Below are positions 44,271 to 53,867 of a DNA stretch of 64,000 nucleotides, in pieces; the stretch's first letter is position 1, and every line of letters begins with the position of its first letter. The notes beneath the pieces are model-generated. The model searched no databases, was not told the DNA's origin, and worked only from the letters and a program-made list of their open reading frames with translations. The translations under genes and the position numbers were made by a program. This stretch comes from Thaumarchaeota archaeon UBA164 (GTDB lineage: Archaea > Thermoproteota > Nitrososphaeria > Conexivisphaerales > UBA164), in contig DAJU01000005.1 in the NCBI GenBank assembly GCA_002499005.1, positions 20,540-84,539 of the forward strand, written 5' to 3'.

Positions 44271-45351
44271 TTTTAGTCCTCAAGTAATCAAATATAATGT
44301 AGTATATCACTATTATTGCTATGGCAAGCACTCCTAAAATGATTGTCACCAGAGGTATGGCCGAAACCTCAGGGTTTATTAACAGAAACCCAACGTAATA
44401 AAACGGAAGATAAAACAGGGTAAGTGAAAGCAAAAGCGATAGCTCTCTCAGCAGGGCAGCCCTGCTTCTTCTTGAGGCAATCGCCATATTAACTATGAGC
44501 TGCAGGCCAACTGCGACCCATACATATGGCTCCAGGGTTATTATAACTACGCCCGCTAGACCCCCGATGGCCTGAAGCCTTGCAACTGAAAGCTGCTGAA
44601 ACATGGGTGAAGCAACGACAACCTCAACCGTCTTTATTGCCCCAATAAGAATAATAAGAAGGCTGGATATTACGCTCAGGAACTTGACAGTAAAGTATGG
44701 GCTGCGCCTCATTTGCGAGACAGCGTTATCCAGGTTAAACCCTCTTACAATAAACGCAAGGCCTATTATAAGCGCTATTAGGTATCCAGCTATATTGCTG
44801 AACGGCGTCATGTAAAGGAACGCGTAAACTAAAAGCACAAGCCCAGGAACTCCAAGGAAGTACTTTGAGTACCTCGAGTCAAATATCGCCATCTTCAGGT
44901 ATTTACCAAGAACTATATAGCTTTCCTCTATGTTCATGCTGTGCTTTACAACAATCCTTACAATCGACCTCACCGGCGCATAGCTCAGTATTATCGGAAC
45001 CACCGCCTCGTCCTCAACACCGTCAGATACAAGCACTACATCCTTATAGTTCAGCATTTCCTTAAGCTTTGCCAGCTCTTTTCTTATTTTTGTATCAGCC
45101 CTAAGAGTGCTGTCCTTATCGCCCCCAACAACAGCCACTTCACATCGCTCCTGCTTTGAAAGCTCATTATAGACCTTTATGCCCCCAAATATTGCATTTC
45201 CATCGGCCTCTTCAGGGTCCGCCATAAGAAGGGCCTTGCCAGCCTCAATGACCTTGTCCGCGCCAACTATGGGGGTCTCTAGCTTTGCTTTTTCACCTAT
45301 ATCGTTGTCCCTGTCAACAATAAGCACAAGAGTTAGGCCTTCTTCTTTCAC
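44257..45351 (-). CDS. conserved archaeal membrane protein (DUF373-like): N-terminal soluble domain plus about 7 TM
   Basis: LVLIVDRDNDIGEKA...ADPEEADGNAIFGGIKVY, followed by multiple TM helices. Overlaps the uppS start by 14 nt. The family name is from memory, not verified. Confidence 0.6.
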   Translation of the reverse strand: MKEEGLTLVLIVDRDNDIGEKAKLETPIVGADKVIEAGKALLMADPEEADGNAIFGGIKVYNELSKQERCEVAVVGGDKDSTLRADTKIRKELAKLKEMLNYKDVVLVSDGVEDEAVVPIILSYAPVRSIVRIVVKHSMNIEESYIVLGKYLKMAIFDSRYSKYFLGVPGLVLLVYAFLYMTPFSNIAGYLIALIIGLAFIVRGFNLDNAVSQMRRSPYFTVKFLSVISSLLIILIGAIKTVEVVVASPMFQQLSVARLQAIGGLAGVVIITLEPYVWVAVGLQLIVNMAIASRRSRAALLRELSLLLSLTLFYLPFYYVGFLLINPEVSAIPLVTIILGVLAIAIIVIYYIIFDYLRTKNEPS

Positions 45352-45876
45352 TTGCTACTTCTAGGCACTAAATTGGTATTTAACGTTTCTGAACAACCTG
45401 TCTTTTGAACAGCTTAGCCCTGGGCCAAGCTCATAAATAAATTGATGTGGGCAATTTCAAGTTACGGCAATTCACGCTGAACTCCACGTTGCCACAATTT
45501 CTGGTGCCACTTAACTGTGGCGCTTCCCAAAGCTCTCGCTTTAAATCCTTAGCCAGCAGTGGGAAACTTCTGACTTTCCCCCGCCATAAATTGTTAGGCT
45601 TTCCGCTCGGTTTTTGTAACATATCTGCTTGAACTGCAGAATTACTAATTCAGCGCAAGAATCAGGTCAAGTCTCTTAAACCAGTAACGAATATTAAAAC
45701 GTGTTTTGCTAAATAATAATTGTTATGCGCGTTAACATAAGGGTTAATTGCCTGTCCGGAACAGCAAATAATAGGATAAGTACACTATGGCATACAACTG
45801 GCCACAGGCGTTGCGAGAATAAAGGCATAAATTATACACCTACATCGGTTTTAAGTGCAACAACTGTGGAGGAACA

Positions 45877-46986
45877 GTGAGGATGAGCGTTGCGCGCAGA
45901 AAGCTTAGAATAGAAGGGTGGAAGGCATATATAATATCTGTAATTCCCCTTGTAGCCGCGGCTTTATTGGGGTTAATCACAAGCATACATCAAAGCGCTA
46001 ATACAGTTTTAGGGTTGGGCGGGGCCTTTACAGCAGGCACGAGCATGGGCCTGCTTATCGGAGGGTTTTTTACGTTTTATGATGAAATAAAGGTTCCAAG
46101 AATCCGGCTTGGCCAAAGGTCGGCTAAACGCGCCCAGGGTCAAGGCACAAAGCCCAGACCTGGCTTCGATTCGATAATATATGGATTTATGGGCCCACAG
46201 CTCTGGATTTATAAAATATTTGGTGAAATGGACGATGTTCTCAGAAAATCATGGCTTGGGTTTACCCCTGAAGAGTACTCTGCATTAATGGTCTTTTATT
46301 CTCTTTTAGCATCAATCATTACAGCGGTGGCCGCTTATTTTGTTGTGAAGTTGCTGTATGCCGTGCCGCTTGGATTTATAGCAGCTTTTCTGGCGTCAAT
46401 TATGACAATGAAAGCCTATCCAAGCTTCAGAAAGTCAGAGCTTGCCGACAGCATAAACCTGAGGCTTCCTTATGTTATAGTTGAAATGGCGGCGCTTAGC
46501 GCTTCTGGCTTAACGGCGGAAAAGGTTTTAGAATCGATAGCTGAAGGGGAGCAGTCAAAGGGGATAAAGCTTGTGTTTTCATTTGTTGTGAGGAACATAA
46601 AATTCTTTGGGCAGGACATAGCTACAGCGCTTTCTGAGGGCATAAAAAGATCCCCAAGCTCGGAGCTTTCTGAATTTATGCTTGCTTTTCAAAGCACGGT
46701 ACTTTCTGGCGCTGACGTAAACAGGTTTCTCTCTGACTATGCTAGAAAGATAATGGTCGATAAAAGAATAGCTCTAAGGTACATGGTGGAAAGGTTAAAC
46801 GTCCTTATTGAGGCGTTTACAACGGGCTTTATAGTTTTGCCGACAACCCTTATAATAATGGCACTCTTGATGTCATTTGTTTCCTCTACAGGAATAGCTC
46901 TGTACTTCCTGTTCACAACGTACGCGCTTGTTCCCCTGTTTGGGGTGATGTTCATATTTATGGCTGAGGCGGTGAGCCCAAGGTGA
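45877..46986 (+). CDS. type IV pilus/archaellum platform protein, single T2SSF domain (FlaJ/TadB-like half)
   Basis: LPYVIVEMAALSASGLTAEKVLESIA...GQDIATALSEGIKRSPSSELSEFMLAFQSTVLSGADV, flanked by TM helices. Confidence 0.75.
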   Translation: MRMSVARRKLRIEGWKAYIISVIPLVAAALLGLITSIHQSANTVLGLGGAFTAGTSMGLLIGGFFTFYDEIKVPRIRLGQRSAKRAQGQGTKPRPGFDSIIYGFMGPQLWIYKIFGEMDDVLRKSWLGFTPEEYSALMVFYSLLASIITAVAAYFVVKLLYAVPLGFIAAFLASIMTMKAYPSFRKSELADSINLRLPYVIVEMAALSASGLTAEKVLESIAEGEQSKGIKLVFSFVVRNIKFFGQDIATALSEGIKRSPSSELSEFMLAFQSTVLSGADVNRFLSDYARKIMVDKRIALRYMVERLNVLIEAFTTGFIVLPTTLIIMALLMSFVSSTGIALYFLFTTYALVPLFGVMFIFMAEAVSPR

Positions 46987-47795
46987 AGGGCAACAGGCGG
47001 TTGCTTATTCTGTCAACAACGTCAATTCCGCTTGCGATAACCATTTCATACGCCATTATAGCAAGGGTGACTCTGTTTTCCACAGCTTTCGATTACGTGC
47101 TTTCCCTTGTGCTCATTGAGTCATCGACGCCGTATGGCTTGTTCCATTGGTTGAACGACAGGAAGCGGTTTATAGTGGAAAGGGAGTCCCTGACGTTCTT
47201 GGCGGATGTTGAATCACAAGTAAGGTCAGGCAGAACCGTATTTGAAGCAATAAAGGCCTCCATACCTCGTAGAAAAAAGGCGTTCAGGGAAATAGCTGGC
47301 AGGTATGGGCTTTATACGGACCTCGGGATGTCTCCTCTTGAAGCGCTACGTGAGGTCAGCAAGTTGATGCCAACACAGGTTTCAAAGGAGGTATTTGCCA
47401 TAGTGGAAAGGCTATCTATGTATGGAGGGGACGTGCCGTCAGTGCTATCAACCGTAAGGCAGTATATAGTTGATCTGTTTGAGCTTGAGGACGAAAGGAG
47501 AAGCATAGCTAGGAACTACGGGATGGTCATCCTGATGTCTTTTTTTATGCTGTTAGTTATTGTTTACATGCTTGTAAAATACTTGCTTATCCCGTCAAAC
47601 TCGGCATCCACAGGCCTGTTTTCGGTTCACGTCAGCTTGGCAACCGTTATGCCACTGCTAAGCCAGTTCTTAATAGTTGAGGCCTTTGTCTCCGGCCTGT
47701 TAATAGGAAAGATAATAACCGGGAAGACTTTAAACGGCCTAGTTTATTCTGTCATGCTGATAGTTGTTACTGTGGCCTTTATCTCCATACTTTAG
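46983..47795 (+). CDS. type IV pilus/archaellum platform protein, single T2SSF domain (FlaJ/TadC-like half)
   Basis: LTFLADVESQVRSGRTVFEAIKASIP...MSPLEALREVSKLMPTQVSKEVFAIVERLSMYGGDV plus TM helices. 4-nt overlap with the previous gene. Confidence 0.75.
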   Translation: MKGNRRLLILSTTSIPLAITISYAIIARVTLFSTAFDYVLSLVLIESSTPYGLFHWLNDRKRFIVERESLTFLADVESQVRSGRTVFEAIKASIPRRKKAFREIAGRYGLYTDLGMSPLEALREVSKLMPTQVSKEVFAIVERLSMYGGDVPSVLSTVRQYIVDLFELEDERRSIARNYGMVILMSFFMLLVIVYMLVKYLLIPSNSASTGLFSVHVSLATVMPLLSQFLIVEAFVSGLLIGKIITGKTLNGLVYSVMLIVVTVAFISIL

Positions 47796-48452
47796 GCCTG
47801 TCCAGAGGTAAGCTATCGAGCCGGCAAGCGTAAGCCGGCTTACGCTAAATCCGGCCAAAGCTAGGGCCCTGTCAACTGATTCAGGATTTAGCCTTATAAT
47901 GCTTTCGACAAGCCAGCTGTAAGCCCCGCGGTTATAAATTGATCCAAAAGCCCTTGCAAGCCTCAGGTAAACCTTGAAAAACGCGTTTGAAAAATCTCCC
48001 TCCGGCTTTGCCATGTCCACGAAGCTCAGGATACCACCTTCTTTAACAACCCGGTCCACCTCCTTAATTGCCGCCATCAGGCTTACCCGCTCAAGGCTTC
48101 TGAGGACAAATGCGCTAAACGCCCCTTCAAAGACTCCATCCCTGAACGGCATCCTGAACGCGTCCCCTATGACAACTTCAAGCCCCGCCACGCCCCTTGA
48201 GCCAGCAGTAAGGTCTCTTGAAATGTCTATTCCAACTATAAGGTTATTTGAAAACCTTCTTATCATTCGAGAAAGGCCCCCATTCCCAACCCCAACTTCA
48301 AGCAAAGGCCCTTTGCCATTTATTTTTCCTGCAGCCAATGCAGCCCTTGTCCTCCATACAATTACAAGGCCAAGGCTTGAAACTATGTTAAAAAATTCGT
48401 AAAAGCTGCTTATGGAATTAAACATCGTGGAAATTTCCTTCTGGTTGCTCAT
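47739..48452 (-). CDS. class I SAM-dependent methyltransferase (UbiE/COQ5-like)
   Basis: Motif I LLEVGVGNGGLS and post-I IVGIDIS. 237 aa. Confidence 0.8.
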   Translation of the reverse strand: MSNQKEISTMFNSISSFYEFFNIVSSLGLVIVWRTRAALAAGKINGKGPLLEVGVGNGGLSRMIRRFSNNLIVGIDISRDLTAGSRGVAGLEVVIGDAFRMPFRDGVFEGAFSAFVLRSLERVSLMAAIKEVDRVVKEGGILSFVDMAKPEGDFSNAFFKVYLRLARAFGSIYNRGAYSWLVESIIRLNPESVDRALALAGFSVSRLTLAGSIAYLWTGLKYGDKGHSNNYQHDRIN

Positions 48453-49234
48453 GCCTTGCCTCTTGCCATACGAAGCTCTAAACGGTCGCCTGTCTTTAGG
48501 CCAAGGGCCTCTGCAGCGTTGGCCATGTTTGACGCTATTTCAAGAAAGCCGCTGCTCCCCTTGATTCCGCAGATTCCGCTACACTCACTGAAGCTGTTAA
48601 GCACGACAAGCGGCTTTCCGTTAATTTCAAGGGGACCCAGCGAATCCAACGTCGATATAGGAACGTTTGTGACGACATCACCAAACTTGTCCACGTGTAT
48701 GACCCTTGCGACGACATAGCCGTCACCTATCTCAGGGCTTCCAAATTCAAGCCTTACTACGCCCTCAGCTTTATCCCCGAGGTCCTCCACGGCTATCCCC
48801 TTTGACACCCAGGCAGCCACAGGCGCAAATACGTCCCTGCCATCAAACGTCCCGCTCCTGGATTCAAGGGTGAACCTCCCCTGTTTTATCCTGACCACTG
48901 CTTCTATTCCATCTGCTGAGGCTGCAGGGTAAAGAACGCCGTTGTCTGGGCCAATGAAGAAGTACCTTTTTGTCTTTATAGCTATGGCTGCCCTTGAAGT
49001 TCCAACGCCAGGATCAACAACCACAAGAAAAACAGTTTCAGCTGGGAAATACCGGTATGAAGCCCACAGCATAAAAGCCGCATCAAGAACGCTAAACGAT
49101 GGGGCATCGTCAACTAGGTCAACAACCTTGGCCTCAGGGTTTATGCTGTATATAACGCCTTTCATAACGCCGTTGTAATGATCCCTAAGGCCAAAGTCCG
49201 TCAAGATTGCTATAAGGCGCATTGTTAACATCAT
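48449..49234 (-). CDS. SAM hydroxide adenosyltransferase family protein (DUF62; SAM hydrolase / fluorinase-chlorinase fold)
   Basis: IAILTDFGLRDHYNGVMKGVI...VVDPGVGT...IGPDNGVL are the family hallmarks. Confidence 0.85.
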   Translation of the reverse strand: MMLTMRLIAILTDFGLRDHYNGVMKGVIYSINPEAKVVDLVDDAPSFSVLDAAFMLWASYRYFPAETVFLVVVDPGVGTSRAAIAIKTKRYFFIGPDNGVLYPAASADGIEAVVRIKQGRFTLESRSGTFDGRDVFAPVAAWVSKGIAVEDLGDKAEGVVRLEFGSPEIGDGYVVARVIHVDKFGDVVTNVPISTLDSLGPLEINGKPLVVLNSFSECSGICGIKGSSGFLEIASNMANAAEALGLKTGDRLELRMARGKA

Positions 49235-49254
49235 GATTAAAAAAGACTTAAATC

Positions 49255-50190
49255 TTGCTGAACAAACAAATCTTGAAGTTGGCGGACTTTCTCTCTGTAA
49301 CCGACTTGAGCAAGGACGAAATACTTGAAGTGTGGGGAATGGCGGAAAGGCTCAAAAAGAACCCTTACAATACCTTGCTTAAAAACAAAAACATATTGCT
49401 GCTTTTTGAAAAGCCATCAACAAGGACAAGGGTCAGCTTTGAAGCAGGAATAAATCAGATGGGCGGCTATCCAATATACATGGACGCTTCGACATCACAG
49501 CTTTCAAGAGGCGAGTCAATAGAGGACACCGGGCACACACTGGATAGATACGTTGACATGGTTATAGCTAGGGTTTACAGGCATGAGGACCTCGTAAAGC
49601 TTGCTATGAGCATGGAAAAGCCAGTGGTCAACGCCTTATCGGACCTTGAGCATCCATGCCAGATACTGGCTGATTACTTTACAATAAAGGAGAAGCTGGG
49701 AAAGGTCGAAGGCGTAAACGTCGTATTTGTTGGTGATGGAAGGAACAACGTTGCCACTTCACTTATACTAGGCGGAGCCATACTTGGCGCGAACGTCACT
49801 GTGGCTTCACCAAAGGAGTATTCCCCTAGGCCAGCAATAATTGAAATGGCAAATGAAATAAGAAATAACTCCGTAAGGGTTGTTGAGGACCCCATTGAGG
49901 CTGTGAAAGACGCTGATGTGATTTATACAGATGTATTTGTAAGCATGGGAGACGAAAAGGAAAAGGAAGCAAGGCTCAAGGCCTTTCTACCAAAGTATCA
50001 GGTAAATGCCAAGTTGCTTTCGAAGGCGCCAGAAGACGTCCTCTTCATGCACTGTCTCCCTGCGCATTACGAAGAGGAAGTTACAAAGGACGTCATCTAT
50101 GGCAAAAATTCAGTAGTCTTTGACCAGGCTGAGAACAGGCTCCATGTACAAAAGGCTCTCCTCTTAAAGCTCTTTTCTATTACAATGTAG
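49255..50190 (+). CDS. argF: ornithine carbamoyltransferase
   Basis: STRTR (KPSTRTRVSFE), HPCQILAD, DVFVSMG, HCLPA. TTG start. Confidence 0.9.
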   Translation: MLNKQILKLADFLSVTDLSKDEILEVWGMAERLKKNPYNTLLKNKNILLLFEKPSTRTRVSFEAGINQMGGYPIYMDASTSQLSRGESIEDTGHTLDRYVDMVIARVYRHEDLVKLAMSMEKPVVNALSDLEHPCQILADYFTIKEKLGKVEGVNVVFVGDGRNNVATSLILGGAILGANVTVASPKEYSPRPAIIEMANEIRNNSVRVVEDPIEAVKDADVIYTDVFVSMGDEKEKEARLKAFLPKYQVNAKLLSKAPEDVLFMHCLPAHYEEEVTKDVIYGKNSVVFDQAENRLHVQKALLLKLFSITM

Positions 50191-50240
50191 AAGGCCTCAA
50201 TTATCATATTATTTTATTTATGTTAAGATGCACTTAAAGG

Positions 50241-50314
50241 CGGGCCCGGTGGGATTCGAACCCACGACCTACTGGTTAAGAGCCAGCCGCTCTGCCTGCC
50301 TGAGCTACGGGCCC
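50241..50314 (-). tRNA. tRNA-Lys (anticodon CUU)
   Basis: Reverse complement: GGGCCCG-TA-GCTC-AGGCAGGC-AGAGC-G-GCTGG-CTCTTAA-CCAGT-AGGTC-GTGGG-TTCGAAT-CCCAC-CGGGCCC-G. 74 nt, no intron. Confidence 0.92.
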
Positions 50315-50328
50315 TACAACCGTTATCA

Positions 50329-51714
50329 TTACGTGTTTTTATAAGCGTTGCTTAAAGACCTTCTTGCATCCTTCACCATCTGTACTCCACGTCTTGCAAA
50401 TTCAAGCGCCTCCCGTGATTTACCTGCATGCGCGAAGACCCTTATAAGCGGCTCTGTGCCAGAAGGCCTTATCAGAAGCCAAGAGTGCTTTGCGTAATAT
50501 GCTTTAAGGCCATCTATGGTAATCAGCCTTTTTGCATCGCCAAGCATGGATTTAACTGCGTCCATTATTGCCTCTTTTTCGGCTTCAGCGACCCTAACCT
50601 CCCTTTTTATCACGTAATACTTTGGAAGAGAAGCAAGCTCAGCCTCCCAGTCATCAAACAGCCTGTACATCATTAGCACAGAGATCGCTGAATCACCATA
50701 AAGCGTGAACCTGCGCCATATGTACTTCCCTGATTCTTCAAGGGCAAATCCTACATTCGGGTCCCTCCTTATGGCTTCAACTATTGCAGGAGGCCCGACC
50801 TTTGTTATTATGCATCTTCCGCCTGCCTTTTTTATTGTATCACAAGCCACATCAGAGGTGTTTACGGTCACCGCAAATTTCTTAACCCCAGATACCGCTT
50901 CTACCCTTGCAAAAATGGCTCCTGTTACATCGCCTGGCAGAACAGTTCCATTTTTTGTTATAAATATTGCCCGGTCGCCATCCGAATCCGTTGCTACAGC
51001 TAGGTAGGGCTTGACGTTACGCACATGTTTCGCGGTTTCCGCCAAGTGGAGCGGAATAGGACTTGGAAGCCTGCTTGGGAAGTCATATATTGGATCATAG
51101 TTAACCGGCACAAGATCCAAACCGTAATCCCTTATAAGCTCAGACGCATAGGGACCCATGGCTCCGTTTCCAAAGTCAAAAAGGATGGGACCTTTGCTGT
51201 TTTGAATTCGGCCAAGATCCCGCTTAACGCTTTTAACGTAAATCTCCCTGGCATCATGAACATGTTCAACGCTTCCAAGGTTTCTCCATCCGCTTGGAGA
51301 CAGTTCATTTATTTTATCAAAAAGCGATTCAACGCTCGCTGTCTGTTTCCAGTCAAGCTCTCCAGTATCTTTGTAAAAGTAAAGGACCCCAGCAATATAG
51401 GGCGGCGTATGACTCCCAGTCACGCTTACTCCACCATCGGCATTTAGCTCCCGTACAAGCCTTGAAATGGCCGGGGTTGGGGCAACGTCTACATCAAGAA
51501 CATGAACACCGTATGATAACAGAGCCTCAACAACGGTGTTATGTAACAGGAGGCTTTGGGCCCTGTTATCCCTGCCCACAACACACCTTGAAACCTTGAA
51601 CGCCCTTATATAGGCGGCCGTGGCCCTTCTTATTGTTTTCAACGATATGTCCCTGCCAAGGACTCCCCTTATTCCAGATGTCCCAAAAAGCATGGGCTTT
51701 ATATTTAAGCTCAT
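50329..51714 (-). CDS. alpha-D-phosphohexomutase (phosphoglucomutase/phosphomannomutase/GlmM-like)
   Basis: FGTSGIRG N-terminus, phosphoserine loop VSVTGSHTPP (variant of T-A-S-H-N-P), metal loop ATDSDGDR, C-terminal RPSGTEP. Confidence 0.85.
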   Translation of the reverse strand: MSLNIKPMLFGTSGIRGVLGRDISLKTIRRATAAYIRAFKVSRCVVGRDNRAQSLLLHNTVVEALLSYGVHVLDVDVAPTPAISRLVRELNADGGVSVTGSHTPPYIAGVLYFYKDTGELDWKQTASVESLFDKINELSPSGWRNLGSVEHVHDAREIYVKSVKRDLGRIQNSKGPILFDFGNGAMGPYASELIRDYGLDLVPVNYDPIYDFPSRLPSPIPLHLAETAKHVRNVKPYLAVATDSDGDRAIFITKNGTVLPGDVTGAIFARVEAVSGVKKFAVTVNTSDVACDTIKKAGGRCIITKVGPPAIVEAIRRDPNVGFALEESGKYIWRRFTLYGDSAISVLMMYRLFDDWEAELASLPKYYVIKREVRVAEAEKEAIMDAVKSMLGDAKRLITIDGLKAYYAKHSWLLIRPSGTEPLIRVFAHAGKSREALEFARRGVQMVKDARRSLSNAYKNT

Positions 51715-51819
51715 TAATATAAAAGCTATTCCCAGCTCTTAGAAAATTTAACCTTAAGAGTAACTCCAGTTAATGATCAAATTTTATAAGCGGTCAAGGG
51801 CCTCCCTATATTATCGGGC

Positions 51820-52377
51820 ATGGAGTTTGAACAGGTAATAAAGGTGGGTTCTGAAAGGCTTGGCGTCATAATAGGCAGGCTTGGACAACAAAAGAAGTTT
51901 ATAGAGGATACGTTTGGGGTAAAGCTAATAGTTGATTCAAAGGAAAGCACGGTAAAGGTGGTTTCTTCATCTGATAATTCAGACCCGATAACTGCGGTCA
52001 ATTACATAGAGGCCATTGCCAGAGGATTTTCGCCAGAAAGGGCCATGGACATTGCAAAGGAGGGATACGTTATGTCTGAGATAAACCTCAGGGATTATGC
52101 AGGAACAAGGAACGCCCTGATAAGGATCAGAGCAAGGCTTATAGGCACAAAGGGCTCGGCAAGAAAAAGGATAGAAGCTCTAACTGATACAAGAATTTCA
52201 ATATATGGCGATCACGTGGCTGTAATCGGCAAGTCGGATGACGTGCGCGCGGCCGTTGATGCGATACTTGAGCTTATAAACGGGGTTAAACACGGCACTG
52301 TTTTTTCCAGGCTTGAATCGATAAGGAGGGCCAGAAAAAAGGACAGGCTTCAGCTCTGGGAAAGTGAAGAGGAATGA
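51820..52377 (+). CDS. KH-domain RNA-binding protein (archaeal Dim2/Pno1-like)
   Basis: Two KH-type G-x-x-G segments (IGRLGQQKKFIE and IGTKGSARKRIE). 185 aa. Immediately upstream of top6B. Confidence 0.8.
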   Translation: MEFEQVIKVGSERLGVIIGRLGQQKKFIEDTFGVKLIVDSKESTVKVVSSSDNSDPITAVNYIEAIARGFSPERAMDIAKEGYVMSEINLRDYAGTRNALIRIRARLIGTKGSARKRIEALTDTRISIYGDHVAVIGKSDDVRAAVDAILELINGVKHGTVFSRLESIRRARKKDRLQLWESEEE

Positions 52378-53867
52378 ACGCCTTTAGATCAATATCGCCA
52401 AGCGAGTTTTTTTATCAGCACCGCGATCTTGCTGGATTCAGCAATCCTTCAAGATCTATTTACTCAGCTTTAAGGGAGCTTGTTGAAAACTCCCTTGATG
52501 CAGCTGATGGATTTGGAATAAAGCCGCAGGTGTTTGTAAAGATAGAGCAGGTCAGTGGTCAAATTTATGAGATACATGTGCGGGACAACGGCACAGGAAT
52601 ACCGCCAGAACATGTGCCAAAGGCCCTGGGCAAGATATTTTATGGAACAAAGTTTTCATTAAAGCAGTCACGGGGCACATTTGGCATGGGGGCGACAATG
52701 GCAGTGCTTTATGCGCAGCTTACAACAAACACGCCTGTGAGGATTTACACAAGCGTTGATGGCCTAACGTTCTATTATTATGAAATGATGATAAACATTG
52801 AGAAAAATGAACCAATTGTAATGCGCAGGTCAACGGGGCCCGCAAATGGCTGGAAGGGCGTCTCGATAAGGCTCAGGCTTCTTGGCGATTATGATAGGGC
52901 GAAGCAAAAAATTCTGGAGTACATAAGGGAGCTCGCTATAGCCACGCCGTACGCCGACATCCTGTTGTTTACGCCTGACGGCGAAGCTTATGCTTATAAG
53001 AGCATAATTGATGAGCTTCCAAAGCCACCATCTGTTTCAAAGCTTCATCCATATGGCGTTGATTACGAGGCTGTAAGAAGGCTTATACTTAACTGGAACA
53101 AGGGGAATATGGTTAAATTTCTTACAAAGAGCTTCCAAAGGGTTGGCAGGACAACCGCGATCAAGTTCCTAGAGTATGCAGGGATAGACCAAGCTAAAAA
53201 TCCAAAGAAGCTCAGCATGGAGGAGGTCAAGCTGCTTGTTGAAAAACTTAACACATATCAGGAGTTCCTGAAGCCAGACCCGCGCAGCATATCGCCAATA
53301 GGTGAAAGGGCGTTGCTTGAAGGGGTAAAGAGGGAGTTCAGGCCCGACTTTACATGCGCCATTTCAAGAAAACCATCATCGTATCTCGGTTACCCATTTC
53401 TGGTTGAGGCTGTAGTTGCATATGGCGGCGAAATAAAGGGGTTTACTTTGATAAGGTTTGCCAACAAGATACCCCTGCTTTACGATGAAAAGAGCGATGT
53501 GTCTTGGAAGGTTATAACTGAAGACATTGACCTTTCAAGGTACAGGCTTAGCCTTGATATGCCAATAGCAGTAGTGGTGCACGTGGCATCAACAAAGGTC
53601 CCGTTTAAGACGCTTGGGAAAGAGTTTATAGCCGATGTGCCAGAAGTTGAAAGGGAAGTAAAGCTTGCCCTTCAAAAGTGCTTCAGGGACCTTCAGCTTT
53701 ATTTAGGCAAACAGTTTAAGCAACAGAGGCTTAAGGAAAGAGAGAACGTGTACAGGAGGTATCTTCCGCTAATAGCAAGGTTTGCGGCAGGAATGGCCGG
53801 GGAAAAGGTTCCCGATGTCTCCAGGCTAGTAGGTGAGGCTTATGAAGAAGAGCAGCGAAGCCAATAA
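52374..53867 (+). CDS. top6B: DNA topoisomerase VI subunit B
   Basis: Bergerat-fold motifs ELVENSLDA (N box), DNGTGI (G1) and GTFGMG (G2). Confidence 0.92.
   Translation: MNAFRSISPSEFFYQHRDLAGFSNPSRSIYSALRELVENSLDAADGFGIKPQVFVKIEQVSGQIYEIHVRDNGTGIPPEHVPKALGKIFYGTKFSLKQSRGTFGMGATMAVLYAQLTTNTPVRIYTSVDGLTFYYYEMMINIEKNEPIVMRRSTGPANGWKGVSIRLRLLGDYDRAKQKILEYIRELAIATPYADILLFTPDGEAYAYKSIIDELPKPPSVSKLHPYGVDYEAVRRLILNWNKGNMVKFLTKSFQRVGRTTAIKFLEYAGIDQAKNPKKLSMEEVKLLVEKLNTYQEFLKPDPRSISPIGERALLEGVKREFRPDFTCAISRKPSSYLGYPFLVEAVVAYGGEIKGFTLIRFANKIPLLYDEKSDVSWKVITEDIDLSRYRLSLDMPIAVVVHVASTKVPFKTLGKEFIADVPEVEREVKLALQKCFRDLQLYLGKQFKQQRLKERENVYRRYLPLIARFAAGMAGEKVPDVSRLVGEAYEEEQRSQ

Noticed and set aside
45557-45580. 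ORB-like string CAGTGGGAAAC, raising the possibility of a replication origin in the 512-bp spacer.
   Set aside because: It is a single copy. The adjacent run is C-rich rather than the G-string expected on the same strand. No inverted second ORB was found, and no orc1/cdc6 or whiP gene lies nearby.
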